From contig CAYWDM010000002.1 of assembly GCA_964457085.1 (NCBI GenBank), forward strand, positions 203,418 through 267,417: a stretch of DNA of 64,000 bases, read 5' to 3'. Shown here in pieces: positions 50,947 to 59,923 of the stretch (position 1 is its first letter; each line of letters opens with the position of its first letter). This DNA is from an uncultured Pseudomonadales bacterium (GTDB taxonomy: Bacteria > Patescibacteriota > Microgenomatia > UBA1400 > PJMF01). The notes beneath the pieces were generated by a model that worked only from the letters and a program-made list of their open reading frames with translations, had not been told where the DNA came from and searched no databases. The position numbers and the translations under genes are program-made.

Positions 50947-51219
50947 TTATTTCCGTTTCTGTTGTCGAGATTCGTCAAGAATACGGCCAGCATATTCTGC
51001 CAATCGTGAAACATTAAGCATAATATTTATTAATGCGGACGACATAATTAAAACCAAGATGGAAGCACCAAAAAAGTAGAGTATTTTCTCGAGAAATGGA
51101 GGAAAAATATCCCAAGCAAAAATACCATTGGCAATGAGTAAAATGCTGCCAAATGCTAGTGTGGTAGTTAGGGCTACCACTAGTGAGGCAGTGATGCGCT
51201 CGAGAAAAGTGCGGGACAT
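50947..51219 (-). CDS. Small two-helix membrane protein
   Basis: AGGAG SD before MSRTFLER; two TM segments. Confidence 0.65.
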   Translation of the reverse strand: MSRTFLERITASLVVALTTTLAFGSILLIANGIFAWDIFPPFLEKILYFFGASILVLIMSSALINIMLNVSRLAEYAGRILDESRQQKRK

Positions 51220-51300
51220 AAAAGTTCTCCTTAAATTCATTATAGCTGACAATCTAAACTGAAGCTGAAAAAATGCTACTCTCGATTACAATACAGGTAC

Positions 51301-51651
51301 ATGCACTCACAACCAACAGCAATTAACTCATTTGCAGGGCTCAAGACTGATGACTCGCTGTTGCAATTGATGAAGTCATTTCCAATTGGTTGGGTAGTCT
51401 ATATCCTCGAGTGTGAGGATGGCAGTTTGTACACTGGAGTTTCCAATGATCTGGCAAAGAGACTGAAGACACACATCACAGGTCGAGGTGCCAAATACAC
51501 CAGAAGTCATATTCCAACTCGACTGGCATATGTTGAGCCACGTCACAGTCAGTCTGATGCATTGCAGCGTGAAGCAGAGATTAAGCAATTTCCCCGAGAG
51601 AAAAAACTCAAGTTAATCCGTGCACTCACTGCAGTAGCTTCAAAATTCTAA
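51301..51651 (+). CDS. GIY-YIG nuclease family protein (UPF0213-like)
   Basis: VYILECEDGSLYTG, RLKTH, GAKYTR, ALQREAEIK. Confidence 0.92.
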   Translation: MHSQPTAINSFAGLKTDDSLLQLMKSFPIGWVVYILECEDGSLYTGVSNDLAKRLKTHITGRGAKYTRSHIPTRLAYVEPRHSQSDALQREAEIKQFPREKKLKLIRALTAVASKF

Positions 51652-52689
51652 TTTTTTTTTGAGAATTGAAAAAGGCTTCAGGGCTTTGTGGAATCTTTCC
51701 AAGCGTTCTGGGTTAAGCAGGTTAAATTTGAGGTTGTGGACTACTTTCCAGATGATGGTTCGAAGTCGATATAGATGTATCATTTCTTGATAGTTTTCTG
51801 GAAGTATGGCGACAGACTGATAACCTTTAAGTAGTTGCGACTCGCGTTCATACAACGTTTTCCAAGTTGGAGCTGAAGCTAAATCAAGCAATGGATCTGA
51901 GACGCAAACTGCTTCCCAGTCAAACAAGCCCGTAATCTTGAATGTTTGTGGGTCGTAGAAAAAATTATGATCGGCAAGATCATAGTGGACGATTGATCCG
52001 GGACAATTATTGATTAAATCTTTGGCATCTTGGAAAATTTGGAGTATTTTGGCACCTTGGCTGTCGTTGAGCAGCTTGGCTTCAATTACGGTTTGAATTT
52101 GACTTTCAAGTTCCAGAGAAATGTATTCAAAATTTGAGTTGCAGGTGGCGACGAGACGGTTTTCAGTCAGAGCAATCTGCTTATCGAATCGTCCGAAACC
52201 ATCAATGTGAACTGTTGATAATTTACCGATTATCTGTCCCAGTTCAAATGATAATTTGTCGTAGTCCTGCTGTGTGCCTTGAAAATTATGCTCTGGAGTT
52301 TTGCCAGAAATTTTTTCTTGAATCTGAAAATCAAATTGGTATTTTTGGCGTGAGCAATCCACATGGATAATGGTATTTGAGGGAACCCCAGCTTTTTTGA
52401 CTAAATCAGCAACTAGTTTTTCGATTAACAGTTCAATTTCAGGTGATTCATTTCCGAGGTTAGCTCTAAAACAATATTCGTGATTGTCTTGAGTTTTTAC
52501 AAAATAAGTGACATGTGGCAAACCTACAATTTCTGGTTTGGTGATTTCAGTGACTTCAAGTTTCAGGACGTGATTGAAAATTTCTTTAATAATCTTGGTA
52601 TCAAAGAGTTCATATTTTCGTTGTAACACCGCTACCTCAGCCAGGGTTTTGGCAGCACCACCACCAACATAGAAGAAATCTTTTGTCAT
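51640..52689 (-). CDS. Aminoglycoside phosphotransferase / kinase-like protein
   Basis: VHYDLADHN, GLFDWE, DPLLDLA. Confidence 0.85.
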   Translation of the reverse strand: MTKDFFYVGGGAAKTLAEVAVLQRKYELFDTKIIKEIFNHVLKLEVTEITKPEIVGLPHVTYFVKTQDNHEYCFRANLGNESPEIELLIEKLVADLVKKAGVPSNTIIHVDCSRQKYQFDFQIQEKISGKTPEHNFQGTQQDYDKLSFELGQIIGKLSTVHIDGFGRFDKQIALTENRLVATCNSNFEYISLELESQIQTVIEAKLLNDSQGAKILQIFQDAKDLINNCPGSIVHYDLADHNFFYDPQTFKITGLFDWEAVCVSDPLLDLASAPTWKTLYERESQLLKGYQSVAILPENYQEMIHLYRLRTIIWKVVHNLKFNLLNPERLERFHKALKPFSILKKKLEF

Positions 52690-52796
52690 AGGGTTGACTG
52701 ATTATACCTATACATTTGACTAGTGTCATAAGGACTACTTTGGCTAATTTTCTTGAGCAAAATTGGAAATAAATTAGGTGTGATACAATATATTTT

Positions 52797-53059
52797 GAAA
52801 AGCGTTTGAGTCTATCGCAATAGATGAGCAGCGTAGCAGAAAGCCATTTGTGGCATAACTACGACGGAAGTCCACCGTAAAATCAGACAAGGAGTGTCGG
52901 CAACGGAGCTCTGAAATAAGGTTTGACCACTTGTTTTCAGTTGTTCCGCCGTAAGGCGGATTTTTAGTGGTAAAACAAAGAAGGGTGGTACCGCGACATG
53001 ACAGTCGCCCCTTTCAATCTTTAGGCATTTTCCTAGAGGTTGGGAGGGGCGATTTTTTT
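52797..53059 (+). ncRNA. T-box riboswitch leader upstream of argH-argG
   Basis: AAGGGTGGTACCGCG T-box at 52981-52995 pairing with CGCCCCTT; alternative terminator TCGCCCCTTTCAATC..GGTTGGGAGGGGCGA + T7; extended -10 TGATACAAT at 52781. Confidence 0.88.
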
Positions 53060-54424
53060 ATGAAAAAATTATGGCAAAAAGATTGGCAACTAAATGTTGT
53101 GATCGAAGCATTTGAAACGAGCGGTGATTTACTGCTGGATCAAATGTTGGTTGAGTCAGATGTATTTGGGTCGCTGGCACATGCAAAAGGATTGAAAAAA
53201 AGTGGCATTCTGAGTCAACAGGAATTATCAAAAATAATACTGGGATTACAGCAAATAATCCAATTAAATCAACAGGGCAAATTTCAGCTTGTTGCCGGTG
53301 ATGAGGATATTCATACTAAAATTGAAAATTATTTATTAGAATCATTTGGTGAAGTAGGCAAGAAAATTCATACCGGTAGATCTAGAAATGATCAGGTGCT
53401 TACAGCAATTAGACTTTTTACCAATGAGCAGTTGCTGCTGATTTGGGATGCGTTGTTGGTGCTAATACAAACGTTATTAGTTTTCTCAAAACAGCATGAA
53501 TTCGATGTTATTTCTGGATATACCCATACGCAGAAGGCAATGCCATCTACTGTAGGCATGTGGTCAACTGCTTTGGTTGAGGGATTATTTGACAGTCTAC
53601 TTTCATTGAAGTCAGCTTATGAATTAAACAATCAGTCACCATTGGGGTCAGCAGCAGGTTATGGAATTCCACTGAGAATTGATAGAGAGTATACGGCGAA
53701 ATTGTTGGGGTTCAAAAAAGTTCAAGCAAATTCGTTGTATTGCCAAAATTCTAGAGGAAAAATCGAGGCCATAATTCTTGCTTCGTTGATCTCAATTTTG
53801 CAGGACATCAATAAATTTGCTACAGATGTGGTTTTGTTTTCAACTTCCGAATTTGGATATTTTGCTGTAGCCAAAGAACTGTGTACTGGTAGCAGCATCA
53901 TGCCACAAAAGAAAAATGTTGACGTGGCTGAATTACTACGGAGCAAATTGCATTTAGTGGTGGGCAACTATATGCAAATGGTAGGACTATCTGCAAATTT
54001 ATTGTCTGGTTACAACCGAGATTTTCAAGATAGTAAAAAACCATTATTTGAAAGTTTGGCAATTACACTGGGCTCGCTTAAGGTGGCGACAATTTTGGTG
54101 AATGGGATCAATGTTAACCTGCAAGCATTGCAAAAGTCGCTCACTCCGGAAATTTTTGCCACCCATCAGGCTCTAGATTTGGTTGCACATGGCATGCCAT
54201 TTCGAAGTGCTTATCAACAGGCTGGTAAGGATATTATGACGATTAAGTTCGACCCTATTAGTGCTGTTAAAAAGTCTACACATATTGGTAGCACAGGCAA
54301 CTTAGGACTTAAACAACTGTCAAAGTTGCGTCAAAAAGAGTCGGCTTTTTTTAAAATCGAAACAACTGCTTACTGTACAAATAAAAATAATCTTTTAGAA
54401 AAGGATACTAATAATGAAAAATAA
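53060..54424 (+). CDS. argH: Argininosuccinate lyase
   Basis: EDIHTKIE, KIHTGRSRNDQ, GYTHTQKA, TGSSIMPQKKN, GYNRDFQ; start ATG 53060 after the T-box terminator. Confidence 0.96.
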   Translation: MKKLWQKDWQLNVVIEAFETSGDLLLDQMLVESDVFGSLAHAKGLKKSGILSQQELSKIILGLQQIIQLNQQGKFQLVAGDEDIHTKIENYLLESFGEVGKKIHTGRSRNDQVLTAIRLFTNEQLLLIWDALLVLIQTLLVFSKQHEFDVISGYTHTQKAMPSTVGMWSTALVEGLFDSLLSLKSAYELNNQSPLGSAAGYGIPLRIDREYTAKLLGFKKVQANSLYCQNSRGKIEAIILASLISILQDINKFATDVVLFSTSEFGYFAVAKELCTGSSIMPQKKNVDVAELLRSKLHLVVGNYMQMVGLSANLLSGYNRDFQDSKKPLFESLAITLGSLKVATILVNGINVNLQALQKSLTPEIFATHQALDLVAHGMPFRSAYQQAGKDIMTIKFDPISAVKKSTHIGSTGNLGLKQLSKLRQKESAFFKIETTAYCTNKNNLLEKDTNNEK

Positions 54425-55664
54425 AACAAATTATATTAAGGCTGCTTCGTACGAAGCAAAAATTGGCGAAGTAAAAAATATTTTACTGCTCTATTCTGGC
54501 GGACTAGACACAAGTGTGATGCTGAAGTGGATACAAGATCAGTATCATGCCGATGTGATAGCTCTGACTCTAGATATCGGTCAGCAGCATGATGATCTGG
54601 AGAAAGTTCGGCTCAAAGCACTTAAGCTGGGAGCAGTCAAAGTAATTATGCTAGATGCTAAAGACGAATTTGCTAATGAGTTTTTGTCTCATGGTATTAA
54701 GGCGAACGCTAGCTATCAAGGTGACTACCATTTATCAACTCCAATTGGTCGGGCTATTTTGGCAAAAAAAGCTGTGGAAATAGCGAAGCAAGAAAACGCA
54801 GACTGCATTGCACATGGGTGCACCGGTAAGGGCAACGATCAAGTTAGAATTGAAGGATACGCTCTTACTCTGAATCCTGCAATTAAAATAATTGCACCAG
54901 TGCGAGAATGGGCGATGGACAGAAATGAGGAAATTGCATACGCTAAAAAGCACGGCATTGAAGTCCCAACCTCAATTGATTTTCCGTATAGTGTTGATGA
55001 CAATATGTGGGGGATGACTTGGGAAGGTGGTGAGATCGAGGAGCCAGAAATTATTTCTCCAATTGAGAAATTTTTGACCACGTATACGTTAGCAAAGAAC
55101 GCTTCAAATGATGGTGAGCTAATCAACTTAGAATTTTATCAAGGTTTACCCATCTCATTAAATGGCCAACAGTTGTCACTTGCTGATTTAATTATCAAAC
55201 TAAATACTTTGGCAGGTAAACACGGAGTTGGGGTAACTCACATGTTTGAGGATAGATTAGTGGGAGTTAAAAATGGTGGTGTGTATGAACTCCCTGCGGC
55301 TCATGTGATTATAGAGGCACATAAGGCTTTGGAAAAATATGTTAGCACCAGACAACTTAATGAGCTAAAAGCTACTATGGACATCAAGTGGGGCTACTTG
55401 TGTTACGGTGCATTGTGGTACGACCCAATCATGAGTGCACTGAATGCTTTTAATGACTTTGTAAATCAAAAAGTTACTGGTAAAGTCACCATCAAGCTTT
55501 TTAAGGGGAGTGTCACTGTGGTGGCAATGGAGTCTGCGTATGGTTTAGATCATGCCTCATTTAATAACTTGGGTGGATATAACTTCAATGTGAACGCAAG
55601 TGCAGGTTTTGCAGAAATATATTCACTGCAGATGAAGTTAGCTAATCAAGTGCTTGTGCCGTGA
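54414..55664 (+). CDS. argG: Argininosuccinate synthase
   Basis: LYSGGLDTS, AHGCTGKGNDQVR, YSVDDNMWG, EDRLVGVK. Confidence 0.97.
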   Translation: MKNKTNYIKAASYEAKIGEVKNILLLYSGGLDTSVMLKWIQDQYHADVIALTLDIGQQHDDLEKVRLKALKLGAVKVIMLDAKDEFANEFLSHGIKANASYQGDYHLSTPIGRAILAKKAVEIAKQENADCIAHGCTGKGNDQVRIEGYALTLNPAIKIIAPVREWAMDRNEEIAYAKKHGIEVPTSIDFPYSVDDNMWGMTWEGGEIEEPEIISPIEKFLTTYTLAKNASNDGELINLEFYQGLPISLNGQQLSLADLIIKLNTLAGKHGVGVTHMFEDRLVGVKNGGVYELPAAHVIIEAHKALEKYVSTRQLNELKATMDIKWGYLCYGALWYDPIMSALNAFNDFVNQKVTGKVTIKLFKGSVTVVAMESAYGLDHASFNNLGGYNFNVNASAGFAEIYSLQMKLANQVLVP

Positions 55665-55714
55665 TCTTTTGACAGTGAACAAAACTAGAGTGCGGGCTTA
55701 AGTGACGCTAAAAC

Positions 55715-55834
55715 TTAGTCGTCAAATGGTTCATACTCTTTTTGTCTGGCATCGGTGTAGGTCTCGGTTTTGGCTGTGACCTTCAAAACACCGATTTTCT
55801 TCAAAAACGCCATCAGTTTTTGGAATATGTTCAT
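55715..55834 (-). CDS. Putative 39-aa small protein
   Basis: MNIFQKLMAFLKKIGVLKVTAKTETYTDARQKEYEPFDD; TATGAT just upstream of the ATG. Confidence 0.45.
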   Translation of the reverse strand: MNIFQKLMAFLKKIGVLKVTAKTETYTDARQKEYEPFDD

Positions 55835-55927
55835 GTGGCAATCATAGCACTGTTACTTACTCAAGTGATTTGATACAATTCTGATGTTTTGATTGGCCAC
55901 TCTGATGGCATAATCAAAGTCACAATT

Positions 55928-56015
55928 GGAGAGGTCGCATAGTGGCCTAGTGCAGCAGTTTACTAAACTGCCGTATCGCAAGATACCCAGGGTTCGAATC
56001 CCTGCCTCTCCGCCA
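55928..56015 (+). tRNA. tRNA-Ser with anticodon ACT
   Basis: Acceptor GGAGAGG/CCTCTCC, G73, CCA encoded; anticodon stem GCAGT/ACTGC with loop TTACTAA; long variable arm GTATC-GCAA-GATAC; T arm CAGGG-TTCGAAT-CCCTG; D arm identical to tRNA-Ser(GCT). Confidence 0.92.
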
Positions 56016-56169
56016 GATAAAAACTAAGCCCGCAATAGCGGGTTTTATTTTTATCTGATGGAACTTGGAAGTGACTTCCTTAAATCCTGCCGGCAAGCGA
56101 ATTGGTGTTATTGGTGGGGAACTAAACTAACAAACGCCTGCCTAATGCCGGAACGGCCAGCCTCTCCGC
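56016..56169 (+). repeat. tRNA-linked structured element, copy 1 at this locus
   Basis: Long hairpin/terminator; TGATGGAAC..GGAAGTGACTTCC..TCCTGCCGGCAAGCG..CGCCTGCCTAATGCCGGAACGGC; ends GCCTCTCCGC (tRNA 3' end). Confidence 0.8.
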
Positions 56170-56252
56170 AACCATTGGTTTCCATCAAAATAGCAGCTTT
56201 ATTTGATGCCAGTGCTATACTTTCACTTAAGTACTATTTTATTTCTTTTTTT

Positions 56253-56462
56253 ATGTCAGAAATATCTCGATTTCAAGGACTAAAGCTTAAAGACTTAAGC
56301 GATGCTGATGCTGAGAAAGTATTGGTTGAAGCAGGTTTCCCAGCCGGAAGTGCAAGAATAGCTAAGTCAGGATGGTCGGGCAATACTGAAGTGAATCCAA
56401 TAGCATTAGCGACGCTTTTGGCTGGAGCTATAGCAGAAGCTGAAGCACAGTCACACAAGTAG
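56253..56462 (+). CDS. Small hypothetical protein (69 aa)
   Basis: MSEISRFQGLKLKDLSD...; TATACT upstream; the longer ORF-track start lies inside the repeat element. Confidence 0.55.
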   Translation: MSEISRFQGLKLKDLSDADAEKVLVEAGFPAGSARIAKSGWSGNTEVNPIALATLLAGAIAEAEAQSHK

Positions 56463-56550
56463 ACAGCTGGTTAGTTATTTTTCGCTGTTAACGCTCGCGT
56501 TATTTCTGCGTGAATAAATCACCACTCTTAGCTAAAATATTTCCAACAGC

Positions 56551-56704
56551 TACCCAGGCACTCCGCCAAGTACAGAAAACCCGCGTATGCGGGACTTTTT
56601 GTACTTGATGGAACAAGGAAGAGACTTCCATAAATTCTGCTGGCAAGCGAACGGTGGGGAAGGTATATAAAACGTCTGCCTAATGCCAGAATGGCGTGCC
56701 TCTC
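56551..56704 (+). repeat. tRNA-linked structured element, copy 2 at this locus
   Basis: TACCCAGG..CTCCGCCA tRNA remnant; hairpin; TGATGGAAC..GGAAGAGACTTCC..TTCTGCTGGCAAGCG..CGTCTGCCTAATGCCAGAATGGC..GCCTCTC; 550 bp from copy 1. Confidence 0.8.
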
Positions 56705-56780
56705 AATACATTAACTAATGGTTGGGATGCTGTATATGCATACATAATTAAGCTATCATTGGTGGAATTAGGAAAGAACC

Positions 56781-57509
56781 ATGTCTGAAACAATTGAAGT
56801 GGCCGGCTTACAAACTCCAAGTGTTGAAGTAGAATTTAAAATAGGCACCACACCAGAGATGGCAGCTGAATTCTCAGTGAGGTTGATGGATGAAATTTTG
56901 CTCTATCTTGAGACGGAGGCACAACAGGGAGAGAAGCCGACAGTACTCGGCGGATTTTGGGTAGATACCCCAGGTGGAGAGATGGATCACATCAATTTAA
57001 GTTTTGCCAAAACCACTTATATTGGAAATCTAACCAACACAGCAAGACTTTGCGGTGTGAGATTGGTTGGTCCAGTTGAAGCAGAGCGCATCGGGAGAAT
57101 TACTGATGCAAAGCTTGCTATTAAAATTATCCCTATTCTAAAAGAAAAGTTGTCGCCAAAGCTGCTTGGTATGCTTGAAGCTACTTTGCCAAAAATTGGT
57201 GAATTACTCAAATCAACTCTTCGAAACAGAGAAATTTTAGAAAATGAGGTGTCAAATCGTCCTGGTGCACACAAAATTGATATAAAAAGAGTCTTGGCAT
57301 CTGTTTTTTCTCCTTTGCAGCCTATTTTTGAGCGTAAACCAAAGCCTCAAAAAATTGATGATGATGAGGAGTTACCAAAAGTTGCAGTTGAAGTTGTTTT
57401 TGAAAAAAGTCGCGGTACACTGAGTTCAGGTAAGAAACAAAGGTTATATTTGATAAAAACATTTCCTCTCAAGCAATTAGAAGAAAAAATGACTGAAGAA
57501 TGGAATTAG
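56781..57509 (+). CDS. Hypothetical protein
   Basis: 242 aa ORF with AGGA SD; no recognised motif. Confidence 0.7.
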   Translation: MSETIEVAGLQTPSVEVEFKIGTTPEMAAEFSVRLMDEILLYLETEAQQGEKPTVLGGFWVDTPGGEMDHINLSFAKTTYIGNLTNTARLCGVRLVGPVEAERIGRITDAKLAIKIIPILKEKLSPKLLGMLEATLPKIGELLKSTLRNREILENEVSNRPGAHKIDIKRVLASVFSPLQPIFERKPKPQKIDDDEELPKVAVEVVFEKSRGTLSSGKKQRLYLIKTFPLKQLEEKMTEEWN

Positions 57510-57690
57510 GTGGTAAATCTTTGGCTGAAATCGTTTCAACAGTCGACCACGCTTTTTACCACTTTTCATTGAAAAAATGAATAGGTTCTTAAGTACTGCT
57601 CCAGGCAATCTCTGTCCCCTCCATATTATCAGTGCATGATGGGGTCCAAGAATTCTTATGAATTTATCTAGATTTTTTCTAATTTATTTT

Positions 57691-58443
57691 TTATTCATTA
57701 AAAAGTTCGATGGGGTTAATTTTGAACTGGAGCATATTGGCAGTATTCCTACCACCATCACCACCTTTTCGCTGCATTGTTACTTTACCTATTTTAAGAC
57801 TTCCTAAATGAGTTACTACAACATCACCTTTACTATATGTGTTCAAAACAGAATTCATGTTTTTAAGAACCCATTTTGTACTATTTCCCACCTTAACTGC
57901 AACAAGCATCCAATTGGCAGAAAACTGTCCATTTCCCTTTAAAATATCGGCAATGACAAGAGTTTTTTTATCTGTAAAGAATGTTACGACTGCAGCTTGC
58001 TCTTCAAAAGAGAGTTCATTTAAAAATACTCGTCTCTCATCTCTTCCTTTAATACTTGGGGCAATTTCACCAGTGAATCTCATTAATACATTCTCTATCT
58101 GAATAGGCATATCCCACATTGAGACATAATTCTTAACCCATCTCTTATCTACTTGATTAAATCCGGTTGGATTACTCACCAGTTTTATGGAAATATTTTG
58201 TTCATCAGCAACTTCTTTAGAGGAAGTAGTTATCTGAACTTGAACATCAGTCTTATACCCATGAAGTTTGATGGCAATTATTTTTTTAATTTCAGCCAAC
58301 TCATATCCCATTATTTTCAACCACACTTGTGCGTCATGATCAGATTTCCAGTTATTGAATTTAGCAACGATATCATCCTCATTCGAAAAACCATTTTTCG
58401 CTGTAGTTGATCCTAGTTCAATCAGTGCATCTTTATTTCTCAT
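57691..58443 (-). CDS. Type II restriction endonuclease, HinP1I-like (predicted GCGC)
   Basis: GSTTAKNGFSNE, KTDVQV, ISIKLVS, GFNQVDKRWV, TMQRKGGDGG, LQFKINP; coupled to the MTase. Family assignment from recall. Confidence 0.8.
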   Translation of the reverse strand: MRNKDALIELGSTTAKNGFSNEDDIVAKFNNWKSDHDAQVWLKIMGYELAEIKKIIAIKLHGYKTDVQVQITTSSKEVADEQNISIKLVSNPTGFNQVDKRWVKNYVSMWDMPIQIENVLMRFTGEIAPSIKGRDERRVFLNELSFEEQAAVVTFFTDKKTLVIADILKGNGQFSANWMLVAVKVGNSTKWVLKNMNSVLNTYSKGDVVVTHLGSLKIGKVTMQRKGGDGGRNTANMLQFKINPIELFNE

Positions 58444-59437
58444 TTGTATTCTTTTCTACTGTTATTATTATTTGATTAAGAATCGCTTTTAAAACATCAA
58501 CTACAACACTATTGCCAAATTGCTTATACGCTTGAGCATCGGTAACCGGTATTTTAAAATTTTCTCCAAATCCCATTATATTTGCACACTCTCTTGGAGT
58601 TAACTTTCGAATTAAGCCATCGATCAGATATGCTCCTGTCTTACTTGCGGCACCACCGCCATACGCAGAGAATGTAATTGCATGGCCAAGTGGACTATAT
58701 ATCCGCTCTCCTTGTCCACCCTTGCCAATGGTACCAATTCTAATGGGTTTTTGTGGATATTTACCATAAATATCTGGGAATATCTCAACATTCTTAAGTC
58801 TTATGTCATCTCTCTTAATAATACATTTAGCATTTTGGTCAACTTTTTCAAGAAAATCCAACACTTTATGATGCGAAACAATTGGATCTGGATAGGTGAA
58901 GTTCTTTATTCCCAGATCCTTTCTAAAGCAGATTATGTAGATTCTTTCTCTTGCTGTTGGAGCTCCATAATGACTAGCGTTAAGAACCTTATGGTTAACA
59001 TCGTAACCAATTTCTTCTAAGGTTTTCACAACTGTTTGAAGAGTTTTCCCATTATCGTGTTTACCAAAGTTCTTTACATTCTCCAAAAATAATATTTCAG
59101 GCTTATGCTGTTTGGCTATTCGTGCAATATGAAAAAATAATGTTCCACGAGTATCTTCAAAACCTCTTCTTTTGCCTGAAATGCTAAATGCCTGACAGGG
59201 AAATCCAGCACATATGATGTTGTGTTCTGGAATTGTTTTCTCGTCAACTTTTGTAATATCTCCGTCAGGATTGTCGCCATAATTAGCAACATACGTTTTC
59301 TGTGCAAATGTATCCCATTCAGATGAGTAAACGCACTGCAAACCACGCGATTCCAATGCTGCTCTAAAACCACCTATACCTGCAAACAAGTCGATGAACT
59401 TTGCACTTTTTATATCAAATTTATTTCGATTTTTCAC
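58433..59437 (-). CDS. C5 cytosine DNA methyltransferase, M.HhaI-like (predicted GCGC)
   Basis: FIDLFAGIGGF, AGFPCQAFSISG, ENV, RERIY; target-recognition segment GKGGQGERIYS..AITFSAYGGG matches M.HhaI as recalled; KQFGNSV. Confidence 0.93.
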   Translation of the reverse strand: MKNRNKFDIKSAKFIDLFAGIGGFRAALESRGLQCVYSSEWDTFAQKTYVANYGDNPDGDITKVDEKTIPEHNIICAGFPCQAFSISGKRRGFEDTRGTLFFHIARIAKQHKPEILFLENVKNFGKHDNGKTLQTVVKTLEEIGYDVNHKVLNASHYGAPTARERIYIICFRKDLGIKNFTYPDPIVSHHKVLDFLEKVDQNAKCIIKRDDIRLKNVEIFPDIYGKYPQKPIRIGTIGKGGQGERIYSPLGHAITFSAYGGGAASKTGAYLIDGLIRKLTPRECANIMGFGENFKIPVTDAQAYKQFGNSVVVDVLKAILNQIIITVEKNTNEK

Positions 59438-59560
59438 TGTAATATCCTACCATGTGGCTTTTTTATTAGTGAAAGGAGACCAAGTGATTCACTCTTGTGA
59501 TTCATGATTCACTGGTTCGTAACTGTGTGTAGAATAATGCCAGAGATGCAAAGTATTTTT

Positions 59561-59854
59561 TTAGTCAGCCTTATCTCGTTTTTTTTCTAAACCTTCAACA
59601 AACGCTATCATATCAGTATCGTTAACTGTCATTCTTGTTTCACGACTTCCACTTCTAATACGTTGGCTTGCCATTGAAATACGCTGACCAGCCATTGCAA
59701 AACGTGATTTATATCCTTCAAATATTCCTCTATTTTTTTCATTCAGTGCTGGCAATTTAAATACTCGTTCTGCCCAAGTAGTCGACGTAAAGGTAATACC
59801 ATCACCATATCTTTCACTCATAACATTTACTATAGCAGCTTGTAGCAATTTCAC
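59561..59854 (-). CDS. Hypothetical protein, possibly a 5'-truncated fragment
   Basis: 97 aa; frame stays open upstream into the enolase terminator; no clear RBS. Confidence 0.4.
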   Translation of the reverse strand: MKLLQAAIVNVMSERYGDGITFTSTTWAERVFKLPALNEKNRGIFEGYKSRFAMAGQRISMASQRIRSGSRETRMTVNDTDMIAFVEGLEKKRDKAD

Positions 59855-59874
59855 ACCGCGTTTTTCGCCATCAC

Positions 59875-59901
59875 AAAAAATCCCGCTGTAGCGGGATTTT
59901 T
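59875..59901 (-). terminator. Intrinsic terminator after eno
   Basis: AAAAAATCCCGC-TGTA-GCGGGATTTTT. Confidence 0.85.
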
Positions 59902-59923
59902 ATACTCTAATAAAACTCTAGCT

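Noticed and set aside
52967-53059. ORF-track N-terminus of argH as a leader peptide
   Set aside because: It is the T-box antiterminator/terminator sequence read in frame
53060-56015. AGA reassignment to Ser suggested by tRNA-Ser(ACT) lying beside arg genes
   Set aside because: AGA encodes conserved Arg in ribosomal proteins (rpsJ ATC AGA GTC AGA CTT = IRVRL), so there is no wholesale reassignment; the adjacency may be chance
59485-59511. TGATTCA three times upstream of the methyltransferase
   Set aside because: Short, irregularly spaced, no controller gene nearby; cannot be distinguished from chance
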